Source: Klebsormidium nitens
Taxonomy: Eukaryota; Plantae; Klebsormidiophyceae
DNA length: 64,000 nt
NCBI GenBank assembly: GCA_000708835.1
Contig: DF236951.1
Span: 248,101-312,100, forward strand
Direction of reading: 5' to 3'
In this document: positions 17,356 to 31,081 of the stretch, one piece after another
How the letters are laid out: each line of letters opens with the position of its first letter
Position numbering within the stretch: position 1 is the stretch's first letter
The notes under the pieces: generated by a model
Told to the model about the DNA's origin: nothing
Database searches by the model: none
The model's input: only the letters and a program-made list of their open reading frames with translations
Made by a program: the position numbers and the translations under genes

Positions 17356-20300
17356 TCACCAAGCCTCTACTGGAAACCCTTGCACCGGCGGCACTCGCTC
17401 CGACAACTCCCTCAGCTCCTGGACCTCTTCGTCGGACAGGCTCCAGCCCAAGGCACCCGCAAACTCCTCCGCCTTTAGATGAAATTCAGAATTATTAGGA
17501 ACTCCCAGGAATGCGTGCCATGCACCTATTTACATACTCACTCAAATACGTCCACGACAACAATGTCCATTCGACCGGCAAAGTCCTCTTTGAGGCGTTG
17601 CCTCTACAACGCTGATCTCTCCGAAAGATCAGCATCCTAAAATCAGCATCTTGAAGCAACGTGTCCGAACAATGGGATTGAACGGAAGAAACAACGGGTG
17701 TCCATTGCTCCTTAACAGAAAGGTCCTCGGCCCGCCTCCCAGCTTCACACGCATCATACCATAATCCTTCTTCGAGCGATTTCAGATCGTTTTTGGCGTC
17801 TTTCCTGGAACAGCCTATCACGGTGCCACTGGGATCAAACGAGATTCAGCGCGCAGCAAATCTATTTTTGCAGAAACACGAAGGTGGATGTCACACTGAA
17901 GTCCTTCGCAAGAAATACCTTCAAAGTCAAAAAGGCATCAGACGCAAGCCACTCAACTCCAAAAAATGTTCATTGTGACTTTGACACACCGCTCGTGTGC
18001 TGGAAAACCGGGCGGATTCAAAAAGACGTACCTGTGCTCGGGACTTCGCCCCGGGGATAGGGACCACGTTCCCCTGCGCAATGAGCCAGTTCAACGCCAC
18101 TTGGATTGACGTCTTGTCCCCGTAGTTCCGCCCAATCTGCTTCAGGCGCTTTAGCAGCGGCAAGCTCTGCAAAATTCATCATCGCATATGCTCAGAATGT
18201 GAAACCAGATTCGACCCAGTGAGCTACTGTGAAAAAGGGCTTGACTCCTTACTCCTTGTGTCGAGTTTCTGGTAGAATTACGAATTCTCAGTTGATTTTG
18301 CAGCCTCCTTTGTCTTGACACGCAACTGCGCTTGAGGTCCTTCGCCTTGCGTCAATGAATTGCCCCATCCCTGAAACTTTGGGCGTGACAAGCACAGACC
18401 AACCTCCTCTAACCCAATTCCGTTCCAAGATGAAGCGCCCACTATTGCCGAACACGTCAGAACAACTGGCGCTGAAGCAACTGGATCGCATCGTCGACAG
18501 GCACCCCTCGCAGATCCGAACTGACGGCAAAGCAAGCCAAAGGCGCTGGCAACTCTCACACAAAATCGCACGTACCGAAGCGCTTCGTTACTCAACCAAC
18601 CCACTCCTTACTTCTGTACCGGCGTTCACTTACAATCGCCACCCACCTTCACACACGCCCTTACGTGGCTCAAACAGTAAGCACCGCATACTTCTGAAAC
18701 TGTCTTTCTTCCTCAAATGAGACCTAGAACCGTCACACGTAACCTTACCTGGCACCTAGAATCGTCAAACGTTCCCTTACCTGGCTCAAAAACTCCCGGC
18801 CGTACGTGGTCCCCCGGGGCCCGCTCGGGGGCTTCTCCGGCGTATACTTCCCGCTCAGAATGCCCTGTGCCAACGGCGAATACGCGATGAGCGTGACGCC
18901 TAGTTCGTCGCAGGTCCGCTTCACGCCGTTCTTCTCGGGCAGCCGGTAGAGCAAGTTGTAGTGTACCTGGTTGGAGGCCAGGGGGATCCCCCTCTCCGCC
19001 AGCCGTGCGTGGGCTGCACGCAGGCGGTCCTCTGCGGAAACACAGGGGAGGGTTCGTATGTTCGTAAACATAATCTTTGTCCTACACTATAAATCTTTGT
19101 CCTACACTTAAAGAATTCTTATTATTGCTAAAAGAATTCTTATTATTGCTAAAAGGAATACTGTTTGTAAATATATGAAGGCAATCAGGTAAGTGGGAAG
19201 TTGAGCGGATGAAAAAGAGCGAAGCAGCAGACGCGCACAACAGACTAAAAACCCTGGTTGCGGGACTTACGACCAAAATACGAATTCACAGTGTTTCCGA
19301 GAAAGAAAACCGTTCTTACGCAGGCACTGCCCCTGGGTCTGCGTCACAACAAGCTGCGGACGGCTCCTTCGAGAAACCATACCGTATTTCAGAAGTGCGG
19401 AAAGTGATACGGCTCGATAGGAGATGGAAATAATAGACGCTGCTATGTGGTTCGTAACGATAAACCATAACTCGGAGCTTTTCGAGAGATCAGATGTGAA
19501 GACAGTACGATCAAATCGTGCCTTCTAGCGAAGGCCCTCAAACTAACCTTATTGTAAACAACAAGTTGCATCACTTCAGCTGACGACTCAGGAGGGCAGC
19601 GGACACTCTGTTGCTGTAGATTCTTCAAGCACTAAGACCCTATCATTAGTTTCGGCCTTCGACCCACCTTTGTAATTAGACACACCAACAGCTTTGACAA
19701 GACCTTGGTTGACGGCCTCCGCCAAGCCATCAAGGTACCACTCATTCCCCCAGATGCCCGGCCTGCATCAAGAACGCTACAGTATCAGTCGAACATCGTG
19801 TCCCGTCCAACCGATACCACTACTCTCGCCCCGAGAATTGAATACGTCCGTTCAGAGACGACCAGTAACAACGAGCTGAACAGGTCGCATACCAAAAGAA
19901 GCTTTTTCAAAGTGATCGTACCCTACAACGTTCGCTTCAAGTTTCCAACAAGCAACGGAAAGTACTTCCGAGTGCGGTAGGGGAAAGCGCCGTCAGATGC
20001 AATACGCTCACCACCAATCCATCTTGTCCAAACAAGTGTCACTTTGCTTTTGTATGAAGTGTGCTGCGCACCCGGCAGGAAACTCCAAACAGGAGCTGAG
20101 CCCAACGAAGGCGAATTCATTCTTACCAGTGCAGCTGATAGAGGTCGATCTGGTCCATCTGCAACCGCGACAGCGACTGCTTGACAGCAGCAACAACGGA
20201 CCCCTTTCCAAGGCGCCAAGGCAGCGGAGCGAACTTGGTAGCCACAATGGGCCTCACATTCTGCTTGCTTTCCTTGATGTAGCGGCCAAGGAGAGACTCG

Positions 20301-22174
20301 GAGTCATCGGAGCCGAATTGGGCTGTCCCGTAAACCTCTGGACAACAAGGGGGAAAGAGATGAGACAAGGAGGAGAAAGGCATAGGAAGAGCCAGGCGCA
20401 GATTGCAACAACTTTTCAATGCAGATTGTGTTGAAGAATGCGTTCCCGTAACTAACGCGAATTAAGTTGAATATCGATCAATAAATTAAGCAAGCAGTTT
20501 GGCTGGATATAATCTGGGTCGACTCCTTTGTAATCAAACATGTCTGGGTCTGCCAAGACGCCTGCACACATGACTTGGTGCTGATGCAATTGCCTACAAC
20601 CTCAACAAAGATGCAACCACACGATTTGGAACAAAATGAGAAAGTGGAGGACAAGGAGGAAAGAGTCTAGAAACAAAGATGCAGGCTGTAGACTTGCTTA
20701 CCAGCTGTATCAAAGAAGTTGAGGCCTGAACTGAGAGTGGTCTCGTATGCCTGACGTGCTCCCTCAATCTTCTCATCTGCAAGATAGACGTGCTCATTCG
20801 TAGTCGCCAATGCAACGCCTGCTTCTGACATGCAAAGTCAGAACCCTGCGTCCTTTGCTTTGTCAGGGAACTGGATAAGGTGCTAACTTGACGCGTAACT
20901 GCAATCGCCTCATCTATTGAGCACCAAAAACCAGCGAGTGGGTGTTAGTGTACAAGTATCCACACCGTCCTCTTGAAGCACAAACAAAGGGCAGAAGAGT
21001 ACAAACTACTTTGGGTGCACTTGAGTGTATGCCAAATCATGAAGAGAGACCCACCAGTCCAGCTCCCATCATTCCAGAAGAACTTGTCTCCCTGCAACCA
21101 CAAGAGTGCAGATCAATCATCGGGCCTCCTGTTGGGATATTGTGATCTGGTCTATGCAAGATCAAGCTTCCTCATAAGAAGGGGAAGGTGGTTGACAAAA
21201 GCCTAACATTTGAAAGGCTCTGAGATCTTCTATCCGCAGAAGCTGTCCGTTGTCCGAATGCCCCCTATCAAAGTATCCTTTGATTGCTCCAATCTTTTGT
21301 GTTCAAACCAGTCTGGCTACCCCCATCAATCGATTTGCAAAGGTCCTTCGTTCATGCGTGTGCATGAGCTGTGCAGATAAGTAGTCCCACCATAACAATA
21401 TCAAGAAATGAGTACCACAGGTGAGAGAAAAATCATGCTGGCAGTGATTGTGAGCTGAACCGCACTTCCAGGTAGACAATCATTCAAGATTGCCCAGAAA
21501 TGACGCAAAAAGACAGGGCACACATGTTTCAAACTTTATGAGGTCGTTTATGAATTGGAGCGCTTTACGCCCTCAAGCACTACGACTAGCCATCTGAGCT
21601 GCTTGCTGGTGCACCAAGTTGACAATCGCTCTTTGAGAGTTGCTGAAAACAGCTAAAGCAACATGAACAGATCAAAATCTGAAGGCATGCTGGACGCGGT
21701 AGCTGCTCCAGGCTAGTTGGTGCAGGATCACCTAATTCTTGACCAACCAAGTCTGAGCTGTGGAATGTGATTGTTTAGGGGCCAGACAGGAGAGGATGTT
21801 CCGACCAGTAGAAACACCTGTTCTTTAACCAACAAACCTGAGCTGTGGATTGTGAACATAAGGCCTAACAGGACAGGCATTGAAGAACAGCAGGTCCTCC
21901 TTACCCAGGCCCAAGCGCCCACCCCAATGGGAGACACCTCGACTGAAGACTTGCCAAGCTGGATTCTGTCTTCAGTTTTCACAATCCTTTCCGCCCCCGT
22001 CGAAACAGCGGCCCTGCAAGCTGCCTTGTGCTGCTTACGCACACCGCTCTTTGCTGATCTTTGCAGGAGAGGGATGGTGGGCGCAATACACTCAGTTGAC
22101 CGCAAAAGGGAGGGTGTAGAGAGCGGGTGAGACAGCGGCAGGGCCTGGCTGTGCATGCATTTTGCAAGAGCCAT
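17356..22174 (-). CDS. Chloroplast aldo-keto reductase (At1g06690-like NADP-dependent oxidoreductase), ~396 aa
   Basis: Eight exons: 22174-21905, 21091-21055, 20776-20702, 20337-20127, 19762-19668, 19031-18781, 18166-18032, 17472-17356 (1191 nt). Transit-peptide-like N-terminus, [58 protein letters not shown]. Confidence 0.93.
19072..19151. repeat. Two abutting short AT-rich tandem duplications in an AKR intron
   Basis: aatctttgtcctacact at 19072 and 19092 (period 20); aaagaattcttattattgcta at 19110 and 19131 (period 21). Confidence 0.9.
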
Positions 22175-23101
22175 CTCTCCTGGTTCCGAGAAGCTGCTGC
22201 TTTGGAAAGGATCTACCGCCGAAACGCAAAACGGCTCAGCTGCGGAGTCAATCAAAGCTGGGAAAATGCGAATGGACTTAGCCACCTGGAGGAGGGTTTA
22301 GAATCAGCAACAATGAAGCGCTTAAGAAGCGTGAAGGGAGCCTAGATGGATCTGGTGAGAATGCGGAGATCATACTACCTAATACTAATAGGTAGAGATC
22401 TTGCACTTTGGCTAGGTAGATCGTCGTGGTCAAATGGATTTGGCCACGTCGCCCGTTGTGCATGGGATTGACGAGCATAAAGGGAAAGGAGGAGAACCGG
22501 GTTTGTGCCTACGCCGGCTTTCATCGCAATGCATAACGCGGATGAACTGATCAGTAACGCATATGTTAATCAGGCAGAAGCGTTACGCGCGTCGCTACTC
22601 GCTTTCTGCCGGTCCTTGCTCGCCAAGTACCTTAAAGTTCACGATAATAGTTGAGGTCCACCATTACCGTTCACTGGGCCTGATCTGCTTCATGGGTGTA
22701 CTTCTTGATGACATTTCTTCGTTCGGTTCTAGGCTGTCGAATATCGTTGCAAGAACATGCCCACGCATTCACAATGCGCCTGTACCTGCACACCGCCCCA
22801 TGCCTTTGATGCGCACGGGCTATAAGAGATGTGTCCATGATGAGCACTGTTCAAATCTAGGAAGAGAGCGCCTCCTCAGGCTCCTGTGTTCCTTCAGTCC
22901 GTCTCGATCCTGACTCTTGACTTGGACTTGGACACGGAGAGGCGCCCGCCCAGGGCAGCTGATCTTGCTTCCAATTCATGCTGGCAGCTGGCTCTACATT
23001 CCATATTGAGATCTCCCGGTGTCTTTTTAGAGCTAACGAGAGCTCCTACCTGAAGTTCTTTTGGCAAACGCCAGGGCAACTTAGACTTCATTGTTTCTAC
23101 A

Positions 23102-26100
23102 ATGCAACAAATGTCGCTGCGGCAAGTGCGGCCATCGACCAGGTCAACGCCCCTTGAGAGGCAGAACTTGCCTCAATCTCATGCTAGCGGCCCGCAATGC
23201 AGCCAATCGCCTCGTCAATGGCATTCTAGGAGTAGATTGCAAAGTAGGACCAAGCTGGCTTCAGGACTGCTTACCAGATGCCCCTTCCAAAAGAATCATA
23301 TTCCCTGGATTTTGAGGACGCCACAGAGTCGAAGCACAGCAGAATTGCGCGAGCGAGCACAAAGGACATTCCCGCTATGTCAAGCAAGAAAGAGCTTACA
23401 CATTAGTGCAGCACGTAGGGGGGATTTAGGACGCCAGAATTCTCTCAAAGGGCCTCAAAATATTAGGGCCGGCTATGCTGAGAGCAACCCCGCCCATATT
23501 CATACGCCTGAGGTGCCTTCGCTAAAGCCAGACGTGTCGGAGACAGAACAGATTGTTGTTAGCGTGTTGGAGTCCTTTCATGAAACAACTGAGCCCGACT
23601 TCTTCAAAGAGTATCGGGACCCTCCTTATACTAAGTTAGTGGACCCATATTCAGACAATGAAAGCAATGATAGAGATGGGGACGACAGGGCTGATGAGGC
23701 GCCCTCAACGGCCGAAAGCACTGGGCGGTTGGGGAAAATCTTGAAGCAATTGTCAGACGTTAAGCGGAGGAACGTGGTGGCACTGATGCTGTTCACTGGT
23801 GCAGAGTGCCAGGTCGCAGGTGAGGGGTCATCTTGTTCTGTTGGTCGCACGAAGGGACACGCAGTTCACTAATGGTTATCTTGTGCAAGCTGCCCGACTT
23901 GTGCAGCTAAAAGTGTTCAGAGCTGCATCGCTGCGGAAGCCACAGAAATGACCTTCTCATGTTAGCTGCCTCCAAATGGAGCTTCGTGACGTCTTGTGTT
24001 TAGCTCCGGCATCTACGAAGAGTGGTACTTTCCAGATTTTGAAATATAAAGTTCTCAATCTGCAGCTACGATGGCTGCGGCAGCGGAGGTGCAGCCCAAA
24101 ACGGCGCCTACGGACGTATCGCTCTTCCGGGCGTTTGGCATCAGCGCGCCGGACATCTACTACCCAAAGTGAGGCTCGCTGCTTTTCGCATCAAGGCAAT
24201 ATCAGCAAGACTGGAAACGTGCGATCTGTTTCTCGACATATTTTCTTTTTGACTTGTGACTTGATGTCAAAAACATCGCAGACAACGCCCCTTCTCCTTC
24301 TCTGATCTGGTCGTACTGGTCAAGCCAGTCTACACTAGCTGGTGTGTGAGGCTTCTTTGATTGCTTCACAAGCAATCTCGCGAAGTACGCCAAGCGTAGT
24401 ACGTCTCATCCCACTCGCAGATTCTTTGAGGGCTACTGGGAAGTAGACTCTGTCTTGGTCGACGTCGATATCCCTGGTGGAATAGAGCAGCTGAGCCTCC
24501 CGCGCTTGGCCAGCATACGGGACATGCTAGACAGACACGTAAGCAACCCCATAATTCTCGACTTGATCGAAAGTAGGTGAAAACTGGTAAATTTCTCTCA
24601 ACGATGCATCCGAGAAGAAGGCTCCGGTTCCATGCCCCATCTTGGATCTCTCCAAAAACGGCAGGGCCCGCCTTTTGCTTATCCAGGGCTCGTTGAGATG
24701 TTTTTAGAAGCTTTTGAGACATTTTGGAAAACTTCTTTGTAACTACTGTGGTGCATCAGGTATGCCCCATTCAAACGCGTGTTGGCCAGTTTGGAGAGAT
24801 TTTCAAGAAGATGCGTGCGTTTAGTAGAATACTCGAGAATGAGATTTGAGAAGCAGGCATCCATTGAAGCTCCGCACTTTTTTGGGCCTTGCAGGAGAAA
24901 TGGGAGGTGAGGTATATCAACCACAAGGGGAACATCATAGCCGATCGAGTGTACAACACGCTGGTGAGTGTTAAAAGTCCATCTCTCCCGCTCGCTTCAC
25001 ACGGAGATATCGGTCCTGTCTGCAAACCGTTTGGAAAGATTCGCTGGCTCCGTCTATGATCTTGACGCATTGCAATCCAATCGATCGCTAACTCCTTCTT
25101 CACGAGAAACGTGGTAACATTACAGAATCTCGTGTGGCGCAGTCGTTGATTGAGGGGAGCGTCATGCAATTCCGCGGCATCTGGAACCCGGACGAGGCAA
25201 ACCGTATGCGCCTGGAGGTGACGGTCGATTCCGCGGGGAGGAAGACCGACCACGGTTTTGGGGTAGAGACCCTCATCACGCGGCGCTCGTTCGACTCGCC
25301 GGCACCGGGCACCTTTGACTCCTCCGAGTTTTCCAGGGAGGTGAGTTGGGCAAACCGAAAATTTGGTAAGATCTTGGTTAGTAGATGCCTGAGCCCTGAG
25401 CCCTGAGTCTCTGGTTGCAGGCGAACGTCCCTGTGGCAACTAGTTTAACTCGGAAAACGATGGAATCCAAGTCGAACTGCGCACAGCAGTGTGTAAGCCG
25501 GGTATTGAATCCGACATATCTTCCCCGCTTCGAGACTTTGCAAAAGGGTCGGGAACGTGACTTCGTCCATGAGAATCAGTCCGCTTGACCCGTTGGTTGT
25601 TGCAGTCGAAGTAAGCCAATGAAGTCACTTCTCAGACCCGTATTTCCATCGCAATTGTGGCAGTTTAACTCGTGCAATGTACTGCGGTCTATCCGAAAGT
25701 CGCGTCTCCCTCCCCTTCGAAGTATCTAACATCCTTCGTTTCTCATTGCACTGATGAACACAAGCAAGTCGTCAACAGGAAGGAGAGCCTGACTGGGGCC
25801 AAAGCATCCGCAACGTTTAAAGTTACTGAGTAGTTTTTGTAGTGACAAGGAGTACACGACCTGACATAAGATTGCGTCTGCAGACGACGGACAACCCGAG
25901 AATTTACCAAGGTCCTCCTCACGTTGACGTGAGTAAAGGCGTACCCTCCTTTGCAAAGCGGTTTCGATGCTGCGCTCTTATCTACTTGGTCTGCTTAACT
26001 CATATCCCCCCCGGTTGCTTGATCTGATTGGTCTAGGAGCGCTAGCAACGGTAGTTGGGGCAAACGGAAAGTGGTTGCGTTAGACCACTCATGAAAGTCG

Positions 26101-26849
26101 TGGCCCTCGTAAGCCGACACAGCAACTGCAAATCTCCTTGCTTCGTGTTTTCAGATCTGTTATTGGACCACTTTTGAAACAAAAGTTGATCCTATTTTTG
26201 ATGGTTCCGGCAGGCGAAGCAGATCTCCTCCCGCTACAAGTGGGACCCCATCCAAGAGTTCCCCGACGAGATGAAGGTGAGCATCCGTGAGCCAGGCAGC
26301 GGGCAGCGGTCCTCGAACCTTCCCTTTGACATCTTGTTGTGTCTTGGCGGTCTTTTAAGACGTGGAGAGCAGAGTTCTATTCGATTATGCATTGGGAAGA
26401 AAAATGAGGTCACACGGGACGGCGTCTCTGAATTTCCCGTTTCTCGTGTGTTCTTTTTTGCGTTATTTATGAAACCCCCTCAGGGAGGTGACGGGCAGCC
26501 TCTGTCCTTGGAAGCGGAAGGAAGAGAAAGGGATTGTCTTCGGTGCCACAGCGGCTGAAAAGACCGTGCTTAAATGGCTGACACTTTTCACATCTCCATT
26601 GCAGTGAAATGAAGATACAGGTCACGAGTAAGTCGCATGGCAACCAATTAACGCTCATACAAAGCCGCCTTGTCTCTGTAACTGCAGGTGATCCAAAAGA
26701 TAGCGACATTCGATTTGCCCGGCGAACAGGACTCGCTGGGCAAGGACGTAGAAAATCTGTTCAGGGTGCTGTCGTCAACGACGAGACCGTCCGTAATCAA
26801 GAAGTACGTCTCGAGAATGACTCGCAAAACAGAGCCTGCAGCATCATGA
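23102..26849 (+). CDS. DUF6816-like plastid protein with probable twin-arginine thylakoid signal (~515 aa)
   Basis: Exons 23102-23819 (alternative same-phase donor at 23798), 24066-24168, 24421-24538, 24895-24963, 25143-25340, 25421-25492, 25884-25928, 26214-26276, 26688-26849. Motifs PDIYYPKFFEGYWEVDSVLVDV, IADRVYN, ETLITRR...FDSSEFSRE, QKIATF...RPSVIKKY resemble cyanobacterial/plant DUF6816 as I recall it. Exons 6-7 are less certain. Confidence 0.7.
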
Positions 26850-28352
26850 CTAGTCCATTGGTGTGAGCAACAATCTGAAAAGCTTCTGGCGACTGCTGAC
26901 ATATGTATGTCAGAGGAACAGTCTGCGGCCTCTGAATGCGGAGCTTCCGCAACTTTGTAAAGGCCTCCCCTTAATCCCAACATTGGATGCACCGTTTTCG
27001 ATGATTGCACGTGACTGATCTGCTGAACGAGATTGCTTCCGGCTCTGCTCTTTGCAGCGAAGAGCTTGGTCCGTCACTGCACGTCGTTAGGATTACTGGC
27101 ACTTTAAAATTTGTGTAGCCTTACATGCATTTGGTCCGTGCTGGCAAAAGTACTAGTGTGCATGCAGCAGCAGCACGGCTTTGAGATGTTCAGCCTAGGC
27201 GCAGGCCGCGGCCCCTGCAAATGACATGCAAGAACATGTGCTTGGGCAAGCGCGCCCGTCGCAAAACTTACATGGGCCGGCATGTGGTCTATCATTGAGT
27301 AGTCATGGATCCGGCATTCAGCCACATGAAAGATTATATGCATGTATGTAGCTAGCTGGCCTAGCTCCGACGCGCTGGACTCGATCCGCAAGGACACATA
27401 GATGCGTAAGTTGAGATCATGTCCAAATTGGTGATATCTATAAACTTATTAGCTAGCTAGGTACATTTATTGAATCTAAATGCGTTGCTTGTACTATACT
27501 GTAGCCGTGTTTTTTATCGCGCTAGCTCATGGGCTCATAAGCCCACGTTCTTGAATTCAGCTCCATCTCAACGTGTTGATCATGCAAGCTGGATGTCGAT
27601 CCCTCTGCGCGCATGCAACCCCATGTGCGCGGCTTCAAATCAAAGTGAGAACCAAATTAGGCGCACATAGTCTAGGGGTTCATTCCAATAGGGCGTCCCA
27701 GTGTATATGCAGTCGTTGCATAGTACCTGAGCTGTTGAACATACAGGTTGAACCAAACTCTGAAACATCGCAAGCTAGGATCCAATCTACTAGGTAAAGC
27801 CGCAATCCCCTGGAATCGCTATCTTACACTAGATATTCGACTGGATACCATGACCAATCTGGAAAAAAGATCGAGCTTTATCAAGCTCGGCACATGTGTG
27901 CCTTCCACATGGACGTTAACTACTGTAGCCTGCCAACTGAACTAAGTGCATGCGCATGTGTAGCGCAGGTGCTAGCCAGCAATTATTCCCGTGGCCACCA
28001 CGTAATCCATTTTTATCACAGCCCTTGAGATATCACTCGTCTAATTTCAAGTGGCAAAAAGTAACACCTGGGAGCGCTTCCCCCACAAGCATGCCACATC
28101 CAATTGCAATCAAAGTAGCCTTCCTGCGCCTCGTCTCTGGACCTACCTGCCGCGCCGCCGCACCTGTCCTAAGCTTTTCTAGCGCTTGTCTAATAGCTAC
28201 ACAAATCAAGTTTAGTATCTTGAGCTGCCGTGCCACAGAGGAATCTTCCCTACACATTCACCGTGATGATCTTTGCGTGTTTCTGGAGGGTGACTTTCAA
28301 AAGGCTCATCCATGTGGCGCAAGTAAGCGGATAGCACTGAGAGAGACAGTCC

Positions 28353-31081
28353 TCAGAGCTGCGAAAGTTCTCGGATGCCCTCTAATACCTGCAGTACGGG
28401 ACCCGAAGCGAGGATTAGGCCAACTATACACCACACCAGAGTGAACACTCGTCTTCAACAGCAATTGAAAGCAAATGCCAAAGAGTCGTCAGCACAAAAC
28501 GTCGGATGAAAGGCCTAATTTTAAGGGAATTTGCACCTTGTGGGCCCCTCGAGCCACCATCATTGCTTCGAGTCAAATTGAGGTTTGTCAAAAAAGTTCA
28601 GCGACAAAATGTACATGTCATACCTAGTGAGAGCAACAGAAATGAACAGCGCCGCCGAAGTGGCTACCTTCGAACACTCGTCCAAGCATAGAACACAAAA
28701 GGCGAGTGCAGAAGGAACAGCTTAAGGGACTATCAAAGAAGCTGAGCAAATCTTTGAGCGAATAGTATCGAAGAAATTTTTGGGAAAGAAGGAGCACACT
28801 TTCTCACCAGGTTAATGTTCGACTTGATGCCTGCAATGCGCCGGTTGTCATCGTCCAGTTTCCTGCACGTTGTATAATCGCTACTGTTCGGGACCTCAAA
28901 TTCCTTCTCTTCCCCGCTTTCAGCAGCGACTTCCGTTTCCACTCTTGACCAGATGTTCCATTTACTAGGAGCAAGAACGCCGACTTGGCGTCAATTGCTA
29001 AGATGCATCGTTCTGGTCTGACTTTAGTCGCCAAAGCATCGGAAAGACATTTGTAAACGCTCGTTCGATTACTCTGCCTCGCTTTCCATCAGAGAGGAAC
29101 GAGCAACATCCAAAACTGCCAGCAAACAATAACCTTCATTCCTCAGAATATTTCCCGTGCTTCAACAATCGGATCGGACATGAGACAGTCGAGAAAACTA
29201 TGTCGGTGCAGGCAACCGACGATGCACTCGAAGGCTGATACCTTCTAAAAGACAAAGCTTTGCTGAATCACCTGTTAAGTTCGATCTCCTTCTTTTGACA
29301 AAACGCAATCGCTTCATCCCACGTCAGCTCCGCGTGGAAACCAAGGCCAATGTCCACGAAAATTCGGGTGGCATCAGGCCTGCAATGACGAACTAAACAG
29401 GTTAAGGTGCGTTGTCCTGTAGGAAGCCCTACAAAATCCATCCCAGCCCGCCCGCATTCGTATTTTTATATCCAGTGTCAGCCAAAAGCATTCTGAAGGG
29501 CAGCAATGAGATCACAATTTGTGCTCGTTGTCCGTAGAGCGCTTCCATTGACTCCCAAAAAGCGGCCAATCTACAAGACTACTCGTTACAATGGAAAATA
29601 AAGCCAGTGACAGGACGTTAGAGGACCCCTTTGAATTACTAGAGCTTGAGTCTGCTTAGCCAGCAACTAAATCATGCCGCTTCAGACGAGAAGTCAAAGC
29701 CTAGGAACTTCGCCTGCAGAAGGGATGGGCATCTCGTACTCTAACCTATGTTGCTTTGAGAAGACCTGGTGTTTCGAAGTGACCCAGAAAAGGGGCAGGA
29801 TCCGATAGCAAGACAGATGAGATTGGTTTCCTAAAGACGCCGCAGGTTGGGGTCAAAGGAGCAAGGACATACGACTGACTGAGAACAGCAGACGAAAAGG
29901 ACAAAGTACAGGCACCACGGCACTTGAAACCTGGAGTCGTGACAGAGAAGGTGGTCCTCACACTCTGGCTTGGGCAAGGATGTCAGAACCAAGGTTCACC
30001 ATGGTGTGGAGTTGGTGGGTGTCAGTTTGGAGGAGCCTGACACTGTCAGCAAGGCTCGTGCTGTGTGCGAGGCACTGTCAAGGAGTGGAGTCAAAGGGGC
30101 AGGCTGCTGGGCAGCGAAATGCAGATCATCACAGGACCACTGGAGCCATTGGACCAGGAGGAGCTCATACTGTGGCTCAAAAGAGAACTTCACAAGTTGT
30201 TTTCATGGACATTTGTTATGCTGCATCGATCACCTGAGAGGTTTGATCAACTCATCAAAAGGGGCCAGCATCGTTGCTTTCCATGGGATACTAGTCCTGT
30301 ATCTGTTGAAGCAGCTTCTCTCTGCAGGCAAAAAGTTACGGTGTGAGGAGGCAGGCAGCTTTTTAAGGAACTTCGCTCCTTGTGAATTACTTGCTGGTGA
30401 TGACCAATTCCTACCACCAATCTAGCCAATCATGCATCATCCTAGGGAGAAGTATTGGAGCCAAGCATTGAAGTTGAAGAGCGAAACCAGCCCTGGGGTA
30501 TGTCATGTTCCCCACTGCTTTTGAAAGCTGAGTCTTTCCAATGATGAGACCAATCTGCAGATTGAGCAGGGTAGGCAACAGCTCCGCAATGAATGAGCTC
30601 TGGTGATTTGGAACACCTGCCCCTGAACCCCCTTTTAAGCCGTCTTTCAGGTGGTCAGACATTCCACTCAGTGCAAGTCCCTGAAAAGTGTGCCCGACAG
30701 AAAAGTTCCCCGTTGCCTGACCCCTTGCTTTCCGTAGAACAGGCTCTGATCTGCGCCGATCGACATAAGCCTTGTTCGCATTTCCTAAAGCAACTGCCTA
30801 AGTTTTCTTGCGCTCTTTTTTTGTGCTAGCTTCCAGACACTGCCTCCTTCAGCGTGAACATAGCTTCCGTGAGTTTTCTTGAACGCCCTTAGTGGTGGTA
30901 CAAGTGCAGTGGGCTTCATGAAAATGAAGTGAGTCTTCTCAATAACGCTTGTGTCAGAGAATGGAGTCCAACGTTGTAGACATCACCTCTCATTGCTCGC
31001 TTTTTCTAAGTCCACCACGAGGCGCTGCTCAACAAACGCCTCATACTCGGCAACCTTCTTTCGCCGCTCCTGCAAATCCAT
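28353..31081 (-). CDS. UXT: UXT prefoldin-like protein (alpha-type), 140 aa
   Basis: Exons 31081-30987, 30321-30292, 30060-29962, 29379-29272, 28862-28808, 28388-28353 (423 nt): MDLQERRKKVAEYEAFVEQRLVVDLEK...MVNLGSDILAQARVPDATRIFVDIGLGFHAELTWDEAIAF...IKSNINLVLEGIRELSQL*. Most exons are too short to appear in the ORF track. Confidence 0.93.
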
